From positions 11,685 through 75,684 of the forward strand of contig DKJZ01000109.1 in assembly GCA_002454975.1 (NCBI GenBank): 64,000 bases of DNA, given 5' to 3'. Under the pieces are notes generated by a model that saw only the letters and a list, made by a program, of their open reading frames with translations, was not told where the DNA came from and ran no database searches. The position numbers and the translations under genes were made by a program. Of the stretch, positions 52,980 through 61,710 are shown piece after piece. Numbering within the stretch: position 1 is the stretch's first letter; the number at the start of each line of letters is the position of its first letter. The DNA is from Hylemonella sp. UBA6679 (GTDB taxonomy: Bacteria > Pseudomonadota > Gammaproteobacteria > Burkholderiales > Burkholderiaceae_C).

Positions 52980-53591
52980 TTACTGGATCACGAAGTTGGT
53001 GTAAAGCACCTCTTCAATGCCTCCAAAGTCTTCGTACTTTTCAAGCAAGGTGTTCATGGCGTCGCGAATCTTGCGGGACAGCTCAACGCGGAACTCTGGC
53101 TTGTTCACTTCAGACTCTGGCACTTGCCGCAGGATGTCCAAGATGGCCGAGCGCAAGGCAAAGTCGTGTTTTTTAACGTTGGCAAACACACGCTCGTCGT
53201 AGTGCGTCATGACCGCCAGCGAGATGGACATGACTTTCTTGGAGTTCATGATGTTGACCAAAAAGTCCTTCTCGATTTGCATGTAGTTGTACTCAAAGCG
53301 CGTGCTCTCAGGACTCTTCTTGGCCAGCTTGGCAGGCTTGGCGCTCTTGCCATCTTTACCGTCTTTCTTGCCTTGACCCGCATGTCCGTCAGCCGCTTCA
53401 GCGGCATCAGGATCGACCGGCGGCTTGGGATTGAAATAGCCCGAGAAAAACAAAGTGCCAAAGACCGTGCCGACCAGCATCACGATCACGCCCACCACAC
53501 CAAGAATGATCTTGACGATGGGTTTTTTTGGCTTGGCCTCAACTTCACCACCTTCTTCGGCGGCGGGTGCTGCTGCAGGAGCTTTTGCCAT
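52980..53591 (-). CDS. fliL: Flagellar basal-body-associated protein FliL
   Basis: Single TM segment plus the FliL periplasmic domain. Start chosen at 53591, which follows AAAGAGG. Confidence 0.9.
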   Translation of the reverse strand: MAKAPAAAPAAEEGGEVEAKPKKPIVKIILGVVGVIVMLVGTVFGTLFFSGYFNPKPPVDPDAAEAADGHAGQGKKDGKDGKSAKPAKLAKKSPESTRFEYNYMQIEKDFLVNIMNSKKVMSISLAVMTHYDERVFANVKKHDFALRSAILDILRQVPESEVNKPEFRVELSRKIRDAMNTLLEKYEDFGGIEEVLYTNFVIQ

Positions 53592-53630
53592 ATTTACCTC
53601 TTTCAATGCGTTGCGTTGGTGGACGGTGCT

Positions 53631-55142
53631 TTAAACCAGCTCGTCCCATCCACCCATGGATTTTGCTCTTGGTGTCTGAACTTTCACTTCAGCGTGGTGA
53701 TTCAACACAGAACCAGTGCTGGGGACGTCCTGGGGCATTTGCCGGGGTGTCGGATTTCCGCCAGTTTGTTGCTGACCATCGCTGTTCACCCAGACATTAG
53801 CAACTGCCATGCCTGCTTGTGCCAGGCTGTCACGTAATTTGGGTGCACTTTGGGCAATCAGTTCGCGGGTCAAGGGGTTCTCGCTCTTGAACAGGGCGTC
53901 CAAGCCACTGGCGTTCATGTCGAGTTCGACCGAGATTTTGCCCAGATGACCTGGTTTAAGACGTAACTCCAGCTTCCACTGACCTTGAGCCATTTGGTCT
54001 TGGAGCCGCTCGCTGAGGGCTTTGCCCAGTTTGTCGGCCAGTTGGCTGATCTGGTCAGCGCGCTCGCCAGTGCTCGGTCCTGTGGTTGTCTGACCCATTT
54101 CCCCCAAGGTCAGCGCTGGCCGGTTGCTCGCAGCACTGCTTTGTTGTGCGCTGTTGTCATTGTTGAATGTGGCTGACACTGTGCCCACGCCGTTGCCGGT
54201 GTCGGTGAGCGCGCCGATCGATGTGTCGCCCAGATCAATGTCCATGGCGGTTACGCCTGATGCCTGGCTATCGAGCAGGTCGTTGGCAAAAGAGGCCCAA
54301 GAAAAAGACACGTCGCTGCCTGTGACCTTGGCAAGGCTGCGCGTCATGCTTTCCCAGGCTGGTATGAGTCGCATGCGGATGGCATCGAGCGGACCCGGTT
54401 CGGGCGGCAGCGCCAGGCCCTGGGTAGGTGCTAGCTCGGCTGCAGGTGTGTTGATCACCTGGCCTAAGCGAGCCAAAGTGGCCGAGGCGCCCGAGTTGAC
54501 CAAGAGTTGTTCGAGCGTCTCAGCGTTGGTGGCAGGGTGACTTGAGGGCAACACGCTCTGGCTCGAGCTGATCGGGGCCAGGCTGGGTGTACCAGGCTGG
54601 GTGGCATTGATAAACCAGCTCGGAGGTGGGCTGCCAGCAAGCTGACGGTCTACAGGGCTGTTGGTGAGCCAAGCCATGGGGTCTGGGGTGGTGGTGACGG
54701 TCAGAGGGGGCTGCGTCACCCCCAAGCCAAGAGCTGGTAGCTGCTCCAGATCGCCAAACAAAGCCTGGACCGCTCGGTCATCCAGGCCCTGGGCTTTGGC
54801 AAAGGCGGCCAAGCTGTTGGCATCTGGTTGCGGTGCGTCGGCGGTGATGACGGAAAACTGTGTACCCAAGGCCATGGTTTGCAAGCCGCCATGGCTTGCC
54901 GCCAAGTCCGCAGCGGCAAGATCTTGCCGCTCGCTGTCGGGCAGCAGCCCCCGCATCAGGTTGGCAAATTCTTTGCCCAACATCGACTGCCCAGTAGCGG
55001 GTGCTGCCCGGCCGATGGGTGTTTTTTCCCCTATTTGCAGGGCATTGGGGACCGAGGCGTTTACAAAGTTCAGGTTCGCGTCCATGCTCATTCCAGTCAT
55101 TTGGCTTGGTTCGTACCGGCGCATGTCTGGCCGGCTCACCAA
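53631..55142 (-). CDS. fliK: Hook-length control protein FliK
   Basis: The C-terminal LRLKPGHLGKISVELDMNASGLDALFKSENPLTRELIAQSAPKLRDSLAQAGM is the Flg_hook domain. TTG at 55142, or ATG at 55124. Confidence 0.85.
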   Translation of the reverse strand: MVSRPDMRRYEPSQMTGMSMDANLNFVNASVPNALQIGEKTPIGRAAPATGQSMLGKEFANLMRGLLPDSERQDLAAADLAASHGGLQTMALGTQFSVITADAPQPDANSLAAFAKAQGLDDRAVQALFGDLEQLPALGLGVTQPPLTVTTTPDPMAWLTNSPVDRQLAGSPPPSWFINATQPGTPSLAPISSSQSVLPSSHPATNAETLEQLLVNSGASATLARLGQVINTPAAELAPTQGLALPPEPGPLDAIRMRLIPAWESMTRSLAKVTGSDVSFSWASFANDLLDSQASGVTAMDIDLGDTSIGALTDTGNGVGTVSATFNNDNSAQQSSAASNRPALTLGEMGQTTTGPSTGERADQISQLADKLGKALSERLQDQMAQGQWKLELRLKPGHLGKISVELDMNASGLDALFKSENPLTRELIAQSAPKLRDSLAQAGMAVANVWVNSDGQQQTGGNPTPRQMPQDVPSTGSVLNHHAEVKVQTPRAKSMGGWDELV

Positions 55143-55209
55143 GAGTTAGCAAAAATCGTGACCGGACAAGGCTTGCCACTTTGACTGGGCTGGACTGTCG
55201 TAATTTTGG

Positions 55210-55224
55210 TGGCATGGACCTTGC
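55210..55224 (+). promoter_or_regulatory. Sigma-54 promoter of flhA-flhF-flhG-fliA, abutting the flhA start codon
   Basis: TGGCAT-GGACC-TTGC. Only 13 nt separate the TTGC from the ATG at 55238, and no Shine-Dalgarno sequence is visible between them. Confidence 0.6.
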
Positions 55225-55237
55225 TCACTAACCCGCC

Positions 55238-57334
55238 ATGAGCACGCTGACCCTGTCAACGGTTCGACAGAACCTTAACAAATTTGATTACACCGGCCTG
55301 GGTCTTCCTGCGCTGGTGTTGCTGATCATGGCCATGCTGGTTGTGCCCCTGCCTGCGCTGCTGCTGGATGTGATGTTCACATTCAACATCGCTTGCAGTT
55401 TGGTGATCATCATGATCGCCATCGGTACCCGAAAGCCACTGGAGTTTTCGTCGTTTCCTTCGGTGCTGTTGTTGGCCACCATGCTTCGACTGGGTCTGAA
55501 TGTGGCGTCGACGCGGGTGATTTTGGTCAACGGGCATGAAGGACACGAGGCGGCTGGCAAGGTGGTCGCTGCCTTTGGTGAGTTTGTGATCGGTGGCAAC
55601 TATGTGGTGGGTTTCATCATCTTTGCCATCTTGATGATCATCAATTTCATTGTGGTGACCAAAGGTGCGGGTCGTGTGTCGGAGGTGAACGCGCGCTTCA
55701 CCCTGGATGCCATGCCTGGCAAACAGATGTCCATCGACGCAGACTTGAATGCCGGCGTGATTGACCAAGACACCGCCAAGAAGCGTCGCGAAGAGTTGGC
55801 ACAAGAATCTGATTTCTTCGGCTCCATGGATGGCGCTTCGAAGTTTGTCAGCGGCGACGCGGTGGCGGGCTTGCTGATTTTGATCATTAACCTGATTGGC
55901 GGCTTGGCCATTGGCGTGGGACAACACAACCTCTCACTGGCCGAGGCAGGTCGTATTTACACACTGCTGACCATCGGTGATGGGTTGGTGGCACAAATTC
56001 CCTCCCTGTTCTTGTCATTGGCAACGGCCATCATCGTGACGCGTGTGACCACCTCAGAATCCATGACCGAGCAGGCCACCACGCAACTGGCTAACCCCAC
56101 GGCTTTGTACATGTCGGGTGGGATTTTGGCCGTGTTGGGCGTGGTACCAGGCATGCCACACATGGTGTTTTTGACGTTGGCAGCTGTTTCGGCGGCGTTG
56201 GCTTGGCGCATCAACCAACGCAATGCCACGCCTGTGGTCACGCCCGAGCAACAGGCGGCGGCCTCTGCCTTGGAAGAGCCCAAAGAGTTGGACTGGGACG
56301 ATGTGGACCAGGTCGACCTCATTGGTCTGGAAATCGGTTATGGCTTGATCCCTTTGGTCAACCCGGAGACAGGCGGTCAGTTGATGAACCGCGTCAAGGG
56401 GGTGCGTAAAAAACTCTCCGCCGAGTTGGGCTTTTTGGTTCAACCGGTGCGTATCCGTGATGCCCTGAGCATCGACCCTGACAGCTACCACATCGTGCTC
56501 AAAGGTGTGGTGCGCGGCAAAGGTCAGGTGCGTGTGGGCAAGGAGCTAGCGATCAATCCTGGACAAGTTTATGGCTCCCTCGAAGGCGAAGTCACCAAAG
56601 AGCCAGCCTTTGGTCTGGATGCGGTGTGGGTCGAGGCTTCTCAACGCGATTACGCCCGTACGCTGGGCTACACAGTGGTCGATGCCAGCACGGCCGTGGC
56701 AACGCACCTCAACAAGGTGCTGCGCGACAGTGCTGCGGATTTACTCAGCCACGACGAAGTTCAACAATTGCTCGACAAATTGGCTGCCAAGTCGCCCAAG
56801 CTGGTCGAAGATCTGGTGCCAGGCAAGTTGTCCTTGGGCGTTTTGACCCGAACATTACAAAATCTCTTGAGCGAGTCGGTTTCGATCCGCGACATGCGCT
56901 CGATCGCTGAAGCACTGTCGGAAGCGGCAGGCCGCACCCAGGAGCCAGACCAACTCACGGCCATGGTGCGTCCCAAGCTGGGTCGCATGATTGTGCAAAG
57001 CTTGGTCGACGAGAGCAACAGCTTGGCTGTCATGACCTTGGATCCTGGCCTTGAGCAGCTGTTGCACAACGTGTTGCAACAAAGTGGGCCTGGTCAAAAC
57101 CTCACCATCGAGCCCGGTTTGGCCGAGCGCTTGTTCGCGGCATTGCGCGAAGGCGCACGCCAGGTGGAGGAGCAAGGACACCCGGCAGTTTTGGTGGTGT
57201 CACCAGCCATCCGCCCTTGGCTGTCCAAGGCCGTGCGCTACCGTGTGACCGACTTGACCATCTTGTCCTACAGCGAAATTCCAGACGACCAAAGCGTCAA
57301 GGTTATTCATAACGTCCACGCTGCAGTGCAGTGA
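55238..57334 (+). CDS. flhA: Flagellar export gate protein FlhA
   Basis: 698 aa. The conserved N-terminal TM region (FPSVLLLATMLRLGLNVASTRVILV) aligns with enterobacterial FlhA from the first Met. FHIPEP-type core. Confidence 0.95.
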   Translation: MSTLTLSTVRQNLNKFDYTGLGLPALVLLIMAMLVVPLPALLLDVMFTFNIACSLVIIMIAIGTRKPLEFSSFPSVLLLATMLRLGLNVASTRVILVNGHEGHEAAGKVVAAFGEFVIGGNYVVGFIIFAILMIINFIVVTKGAGRVSEVNARFTLDAMPGKQMSIDADLNAGVIDQDTAKKRREELAQESDFFGSMDGASKFVSGDAVAGLLILIINLIGGLAIGVGQHNLSLAEAGRIYTLLTIGDGLVAQIPSLFLSLATAIIVTRVTTSESMTEQATTQLANPTALYMSGGILAVLGVVPGMPHMVFLTLAAVSAALAWRINQRNATPVVTPEQQAAASALEEPKELDWDDVDQVDLIGLEIGYGLIPLVNPETGGQLMNRVKGVRKKLSAELGFLVQPVRIRDALSIDPDSYHIVLKGVVRGKGQVRVGKELAINPGQVYGSLEGEVTKEPAFGLDAVWVEASQRDYARTLGYTVVDASTAVATHLNKVLRDSAADLLSHDEVQQLLDKLAAKSPKLVEDLVPGKLSLGVLTRTLQNLLSESVSIRDMRSIAEALSEAAGRTQEPDQLTAMVRPKLGRMIVQSLVDESNSLAVMTLDPGLEQLLHNVLQQSGPGQNLTIEPGLAERLFAALREGARQVEEQGHPAVLVVSPAIRPWLSKAVRYRVTDLTILSYSEIPDDQSVKVIHNVHAAVQ

Positions 57335-57373
57335 GTCTGACCCAATCCAAGAATCTGACCGAGCCTAACCACC

Positions 57374-58675
57374 ATGGAACTTCAACGTATCCTCGCCCGT
57401 GACACCCGTAGCGCCACCGAGCAGGCCTTGTCGCGGTTTGGCCCGAATGTTTTGGTGATTTCCAACCACCGGGTGGCTGGTCAAACCGAGTTGGTTGTGG
57501 CTGTGGACGTGCAAGCCTCCAGCCAGCACGACGATGCTGTTTGGGCCGCGCCCGACCCGGCTCCTGCACAAACCCCACCAGAATCCGCTGCTGCCACCAG
57601 TTTTGAGGCCAAGTTGCATGCTGTCATGGCTCACACGTCCTCAGCTGTCGAGACACCGGCAGACGCACAAATTGCTTCAAAAAGCGTAGCAAAGAACGTT
57701 ACAGATACTGGGCTTGACCGGGATTGGATCCGCAGCCGTGAAATTGTTGCTACGGTGCGCGAAGAAATTGCCGCCTTGCGCCAGGAGTTTCGCTTGAGCC
57801 AACAGACGGTGATGTGGCAAGCCCAGCACAACTGGCCTCAAGCTCTGGCGCCTTTGGTTCAGGGCCTGAGCGAGGCCGCCGTGCCCGCCAGCTTACGGGC
57901 CTTGCTGCTGGATGGCTTGCGCACAGAAACCCACTTGGCCTCAGCCATGGAGAACATCACGCGCCAGCTTATTTGCAACATGTCTGAGCATCGTGCCCAA
58001 GCGCCATTGCGAGGCGTGCATGCGCTTGCTGGTCCATCCGGGGGGGGCAAATCCCTCATGGTGGCGCGACTCACCCGTGAATTCTTAAAGCAGGGCACAC
58101 CCGAGCTAGTCGCCGTGATCGCCTTCAATGACGCCCGCGCCGGTGCTTGGCCACAGACGCAGATGTTGTGTGCCCAGGTGGGGGTTGATGCTTATCGTGC
58201 CAAAACGCCAGAGGTCCTGCGCTTGTTGTTGGACGAACTCAGCGACCGCTCCTTGGTCTTGATCGACACCCCCGGCGTTGAGTTGCATGACAACCTGGCT
58301 CAAATCATGTCGATCTGTCCTGCTGCTCAAAGCCATGCTGTGGTCCCCACCGATGCCTCCAGTGTGACTTTGCAGCGGGTGCTCAACCACGGCCAAACCG
58401 CTTGGTCGAGCCTGATGTTGACCAAGCTCGACGAATCCAGTGCACCTTGGCCGCTGCTGCAACACCTGATGAACAACCCAGGCTGCCCCAGCCTCTCGGT
58501 AGGTTCTGGCTCCAACGCACTGCGTGACGGCGTGCTCGAAATCACCCCCGCTATGCTGGCAGACCTTGCTGTTGCACAATGGATGCCTGAAGCCAATGTT
58601 GTCGCTGCTCCCGCTGACCGCTTGGCTGCAAAAGTTTCCAACCGACTCATGGAGCTGCAGGCTGTTCATGGATAA
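57374..58675 (+). CDS. flhF: Flagellar placement GTPase FlhF (SRP-type)
   Basis: G-domain motifs LAGPSGGGKS, LIDTPG and TKLDES. Confidence 0.9.
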   Translation: MELQRILARDTRSATEQALSRFGPNVLVISNHRVAGQTELVVAVDVQASSQHDDAVWAAPDPAPAQTPPESAAATSFEAKLHAVMAHTSSAVETPADAQIASKSVAKNVTDTGLDRDWIRSREIVATVREEIAALRQEFRLSQQTVMWQAQHNWPQALAPLVQGLSEAAVPASLRALLLDGLRTETHLASAMENITRQLICNMSEHRAQAPLRGVHALAGPSGGGKSLMVARLTREFLKQGTPELVAVIAFNDARAGAWPQTQMLCAQVGVDAYRAKTPEVLRLLLDELSDRSLVLIDTPGVELHDNLAQIMSICPAAQSHAVVPTDASSVTLQRVLNHGQTAWSSLMLTKLDESSAPWPLLQHLMNNPGCPSLSVGSGSNALRDGVLEITPAMLADLAVAQWMPEANVVAAPADRLAAKVSNRLMELQAVHG

Positions 58676-59483
58676 AAAATACTGTCAGGTCATAGGTATT
58701 GCCAGCGGCAAAGGCGGCGTGGGCAAAACCACAGTGTCTGTCAACCTGGCCGTGGCCTTGCAAGATGCTGGACACCAAGTGATGTTGTTTGATGCTGACT
58801 TGTCGCTTGCCAACGCGCAGATCGCGCTGGGCTGCCGATCGCCTTACAACATGAGCCACTTCATGAGCGGTGAAAAATCCCTCGAGGACATCGTGGTCAC
58901 GACCCGCCAAGGGGTCAAGCTCGTGCCGGGTGCCTCAGGGTTACAAGACATGGCGGCTTTGAGCGAATTGCAAGCCGCACGCATTGTGCAGGCATTCAGT
59001 TCCCTCGAAGCCGACCTTGATTTCCTCATTGTGGATATGGCCGCTGGGATTGCCCCAGTGGTGATGGCCTTCATGGCGGCTTGCAGCCGCCGTTTTGTGG
59101 TGGTGCGTGATGATCCATCGTCGATTGCCGACGCCTACGGCACCATCAAGGTTCTGATTCAAGACCACCATCTCGATGAAATCTACCTGGTGCCCAATGC
59201 GGTGAATTCTGAGCGAGAAGGGTTCGAGCTCTACCAACGCATCAACCAGGTTTGTGCACGTTTCCTCAACCAACCCGTCAAGTACCTGGGGTCGATTGAA
59301 AACGATGAGCTGATTTTGCAGGCACTCAAAAAATACAAATCTGTCATGGAGTTCGCCCCTGGAAGCGCGGGTGCCCGTGACTTTCGTCGTTTGGCCGCCA
59401 CCACAGAGCACCTGCCGCCGCTGGCGCAAGCTGCGGGTGGGTTGCAATTTTTCGTGGAGAGGCTGGTGCAAGCGCCAGCCTGA
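58668..59483 (+). CDS. flhG: MinD-type flagellar number regulator FlhG/FleN
   Basis: Deviant Walker A IASGKGGVGKTT. C-terminal amphipathic helix GGLQFFVERLV. The ATG at 58668 overlaps the flhF stop; the track ORF was trimmed. Confidence 0.9.
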   Translation: MDKKYCQVIGIASGKGGVGKTTVSVNLAVALQDAGHQVMLFDADLSLANAQIALGCRSPYNMSHFMSGEKSLEDIVVTTRQGVKLVPGASGLQDMAALSELQAARIVQAFSSLEADLDFLIVDMAAGIAPVVMAFMAACSRRFVVVRDDPSSIADAYGTIKVLIQDHHLDEIYLVPNAVNSEREGFELYQRINQVCARFLNQPVKYLGSIENDELILQALKKYKSVMEFAPGSAGARDFRRLAATTEHLPPLAQAAGGLQFFVERLVQAPA

Positions 59484-60235
59484 TGCCCATGCCAAAAATC
59501 AGCATGTACGACGAGGTCCAAAACAACAGCGAAGCGCTGGTGATGGCGCATCTGGGCATGGTCAAACGTGTGGCCCTGCACCTCAAGGTGCGTTTGCCGC
59601 CTTTCATGGAGCTCGACGAGTTGATCCAGGTCGGCATGATTGGTTTGCTCGAAGCTGCCCGCGCCTACAACCCTGGTAAGGGCATCGAGTTCGAACATTT
59701 TGCGCACAGCCGTGTGCGCGGTGCCATCCTCGATGAGGTGCGCCGCCTGTCGTTTTTGCCGCGTTCGGCGGTGGCCATCAACAAGTCCCACAGCGATGCC
59801 AACCATGAGCTCGCTGTGCAGTTGGGTCGCACCCCGACCCAGGCTGAGCTGGCTGACCACATGGGCAAGGACATTGAGCAGTTCCACAAGGAGCGTACCC
59901 AGGCCAGGCGTTTTGAGACCTATTCCCTGGAGGTGGTCACCGAGGAGGTGATGAACCTTTCCACCGATGCCTCACAACAACCCGAAGCCATTGTGGAACA
60001 CCAGCAGTTTATGGGTGCCCTGGCCGCCGCCATCGGTGAGCTGCCTGAGCGCGATCAACTGGTCATGAAGTTGTATTACGTTGAAGAGCTCAACCTCAAA
60101 GAAATTGGCGATGTGCTGGATGTGACCGAATCTCGTGTCAGCCAAATGCTCAGCGCGGTGGTGAAGAAATTACGTGGTACGTTGCAAATTGAACCGCTCA
60201 GCAAAGGTAAAGCAAGGGCCTCCAAGGTGGCTTGA
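59483..60235 (+). CDS. fliA: Flagellar sigma factor FliA (sigma-28)
   Basis: Sigma-70-family regions 2-4 (LIQVGMIGLLEAARAYN, LNLKEIGDVLDVTESRVSQM), positioned after flhG. Confidence 0.9.
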   Translation: MPMPKISMYDEVQNNSEALVMAHLGMVKRVALHLKVRLPPFMELDELIQVGMIGLLEAARAYNPGKGIEFEHFAHSRVRGAILDEVRRLSFLPRSAVAINKSHSDANHELAVQLGRTPTQAELADHMGKDIEQFHKERTQARRFETYSLEVVTEEVMNLSTDASQQPEAIVEHQQFMGALAAAIGELPERDQLVMKLYYVEELNLKEIGDVLDVTESRVSQMLSAVVKKLRGTLQIEPLSKGKARASKVA

Positions 60236-60257
60236 TGGTGTGATGGGCTTGTGGTGC

Positions 60258-60284
60258 TCAAGTTTTCTGTGCTGCCTCCGAATC
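60258..60284 (+). promoter_or_regulatory. FliA (sigma-28)-type promoter of fliS (and probably motAB)
   Basis: TCAAGTTT-N11-TCCGAATC, with both boxes identical to the flgM promoter, 33 nt upstream of the ATG at 60317. Confidence 0.8.
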
Positions 60285-60316
60285 CTGTGGTATCAGGATC
60301 AAAGGAGTCACGAAAC

Positions 60317-60751
60317 ATGCGAGTCAATTTCAAAGCCATGGAAGATTACGGTCACGGTACACGGACCTCACAAGCCATGGTGGCGGACAAAGTCGAGCTC
60401 ATTCAGATGCTGTTTGACGGTCTGATCGAAAGCATGGTGACTGCACGCGGTCACATTGAACGAGGTTCGATTGAGGACAAAAATAAAAGTCTGGCACGCG
60501 CTGGGCGCATTGTGATTGGTTTGCAAACTGGTTTGGATTTGGACAAAGGCGGTGACTTGGCCCGTAATCTGCATGAGCTTTACAGCTATGTGACCCGTCG
60601 TTTGGTGCATGTCAACGCTTACAACGACCTGGTTGCACTTGAAGAGATCGTGTCGTTGATGGGAGACATCAGCCAAGCATGGCGTGATGTACCTAAGTTG
60701 TTACCAGGTGCCTCACCGGTGGCAGCTGCGGCAATGTCCACCATGCACTGA
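60317..60751 (+). CDS. fliS: Flagellin chaperone FliS
   Basis: Trimmed to the ATG that follows AAAGGAG. VELIQMLFDGLIESM...KNKSLARAGRIVIGLQTGLDLDKGGDLARNLHELYSYVTRRL fits the FliS four-helix pattern. Confidence 0.85.
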   Translation: MRVNFKAMEDYGHGTRTSQAMVADKVELIQMLFDGLIESMVTARGHIERGSIEDKNKSLARAGRIVIGLQTGLDLDKGGDLARNLHELYSYVTRRLVHVNAYNDLVALEEIVSLMGDISQAWRDVPKLLPGASPVAAAAMSTMH

Positions 60752-60844
60752 GCGGGGTGTGAGGCCGCATCGCTCAACAGAGTTCGAGGTCACAGGTGAT
60801 GTCGGGAGCCTCCCGGCGACTTGTTGGCCTTTGAGGAGATATGA

Positions 60845-61708
60845 ATGATTGCGATAGTCGGTCTGGTTGTTTTGTTTATTTGCGTCTTTGGTGGTTACAT
60901 CATGGCTGGCGGCTCCATGGCGCCCATCATCAAGGCAGCACCTATTGAGACCTTCATCATTGCAGGTGCTGGCGTTGCCGGCATGATGGTGGGCAATGGC
61001 ATGGATGTCATCAAGGGCGTGGGCAAGGGCATGGGCAAGGTGTTCAAAGGCCCAGCCTACAAAAAAGACGATTACCTCAGCACCATCTTTGTGGTGGCCA
61101 AGATCATGAAAACCCTCAAGACTGAGGGGGCGGTGGCGCTTGAAGCCCATATCGAGAACCCCGAAGCCAGTGCGATCTTTGGCGAACATCCCAAAATGTT
61201 GCACGACCACGCCTTGCTGCACCTGGTCACCGATACCGTTCGCTTGATGGTGGTGTCGTCCAGCAACCTGAGCCCTTACGCGGTCGAGGAGGTGATGGAC
61301 CAATCCATCAAAACCCACCACCATGGTGAGCTCAAAGTGGTTGATGCCATTGCCACCCTGGCAGGTGCACTGCCAGCACTGGGCATTGTGGCGTGTGTGT
61401 TGGGTGTGGTTAAAACCATGGGCCAAATTGACCAGCCACCCGCCGTGTTGGGCGCCTTGATTGGTAGCGCGTTGGTGGGAACGTTTTTGGGGGTGTTCAT
61501 CGCTTACGGTCTGGTCGAGCCCATGGCCAAGCGCTTGGCGCAGATCGTCGAAGAGGAAAGCGAGATCTACAAAGTGGTCAAGCAAATCATCATCGGCACC
61601 ATGCACGGCCACCCGATGCCGCTGATCATCGAGGCTGCCCGCGTGAGCATCAGCCACCACAACCAGCCCAGTTTTGCCGAAGTGTTTGACGGCATGCGAG
61701 GTAACTAA
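60845..61708 (+). CDS. motA: Flagellar stator protein MotA
   Basis: N-terminus MIAIVGLVVLFICVFGGYIMAGGS..., four TM segments, 287 aa. Confidence 0.9.
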   Translation: MIAIVGLVVLFICVFGGYIMAGGSMAPIIKAAPIETFIIAGAGVAGMMVGNGMDVIKGVGKGMGKVFKGPAYKKDDYLSTIFVVAKIMKTLKTEGAVALEAHIENPEASAIFGEHPKMLHDHALLHLVTDTVRLMVVSSSNLSPYAVEEVMDQSIKTHHHGELKVVDAIATLAGALPALGIVACVLGVVKTMGQIDQPPAVLGALIGSALVGTFLGVFIAYGLVEPMAKRLAQIVEEESEIYKVVKQIIIGTMHGHPMPLIIEAARVSISHHNQPSFAEVFDGMRGN

Positions 61709-61710
61709 GC

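Noticed and set aside
55149-55163. Sigma-54-like sequence GGTCAC-GATTT-TTGC on the minus strand upstream of fliK
   Set aside because: The GG and GC elements are 13 nt apart rather than 12, and sigma-54 promoters are strict about this spacing. The fliK-operon promoter therefore remains unidentified.
60251-60316. N-terminal extensions of track ORFs for fliS (60251), flhG (58524), fliQ (50572), fliP (51341), fliN (52016), fliL (53606), flaG (23877), the lipoprotein (10115) and the LysM-like protein (42304)
   Set aside because: The extensions overlap upstream genes or promoters and have no family-like sequence. Internal Met codons with better RBS or signal-peptide context give proteins of canonical length.
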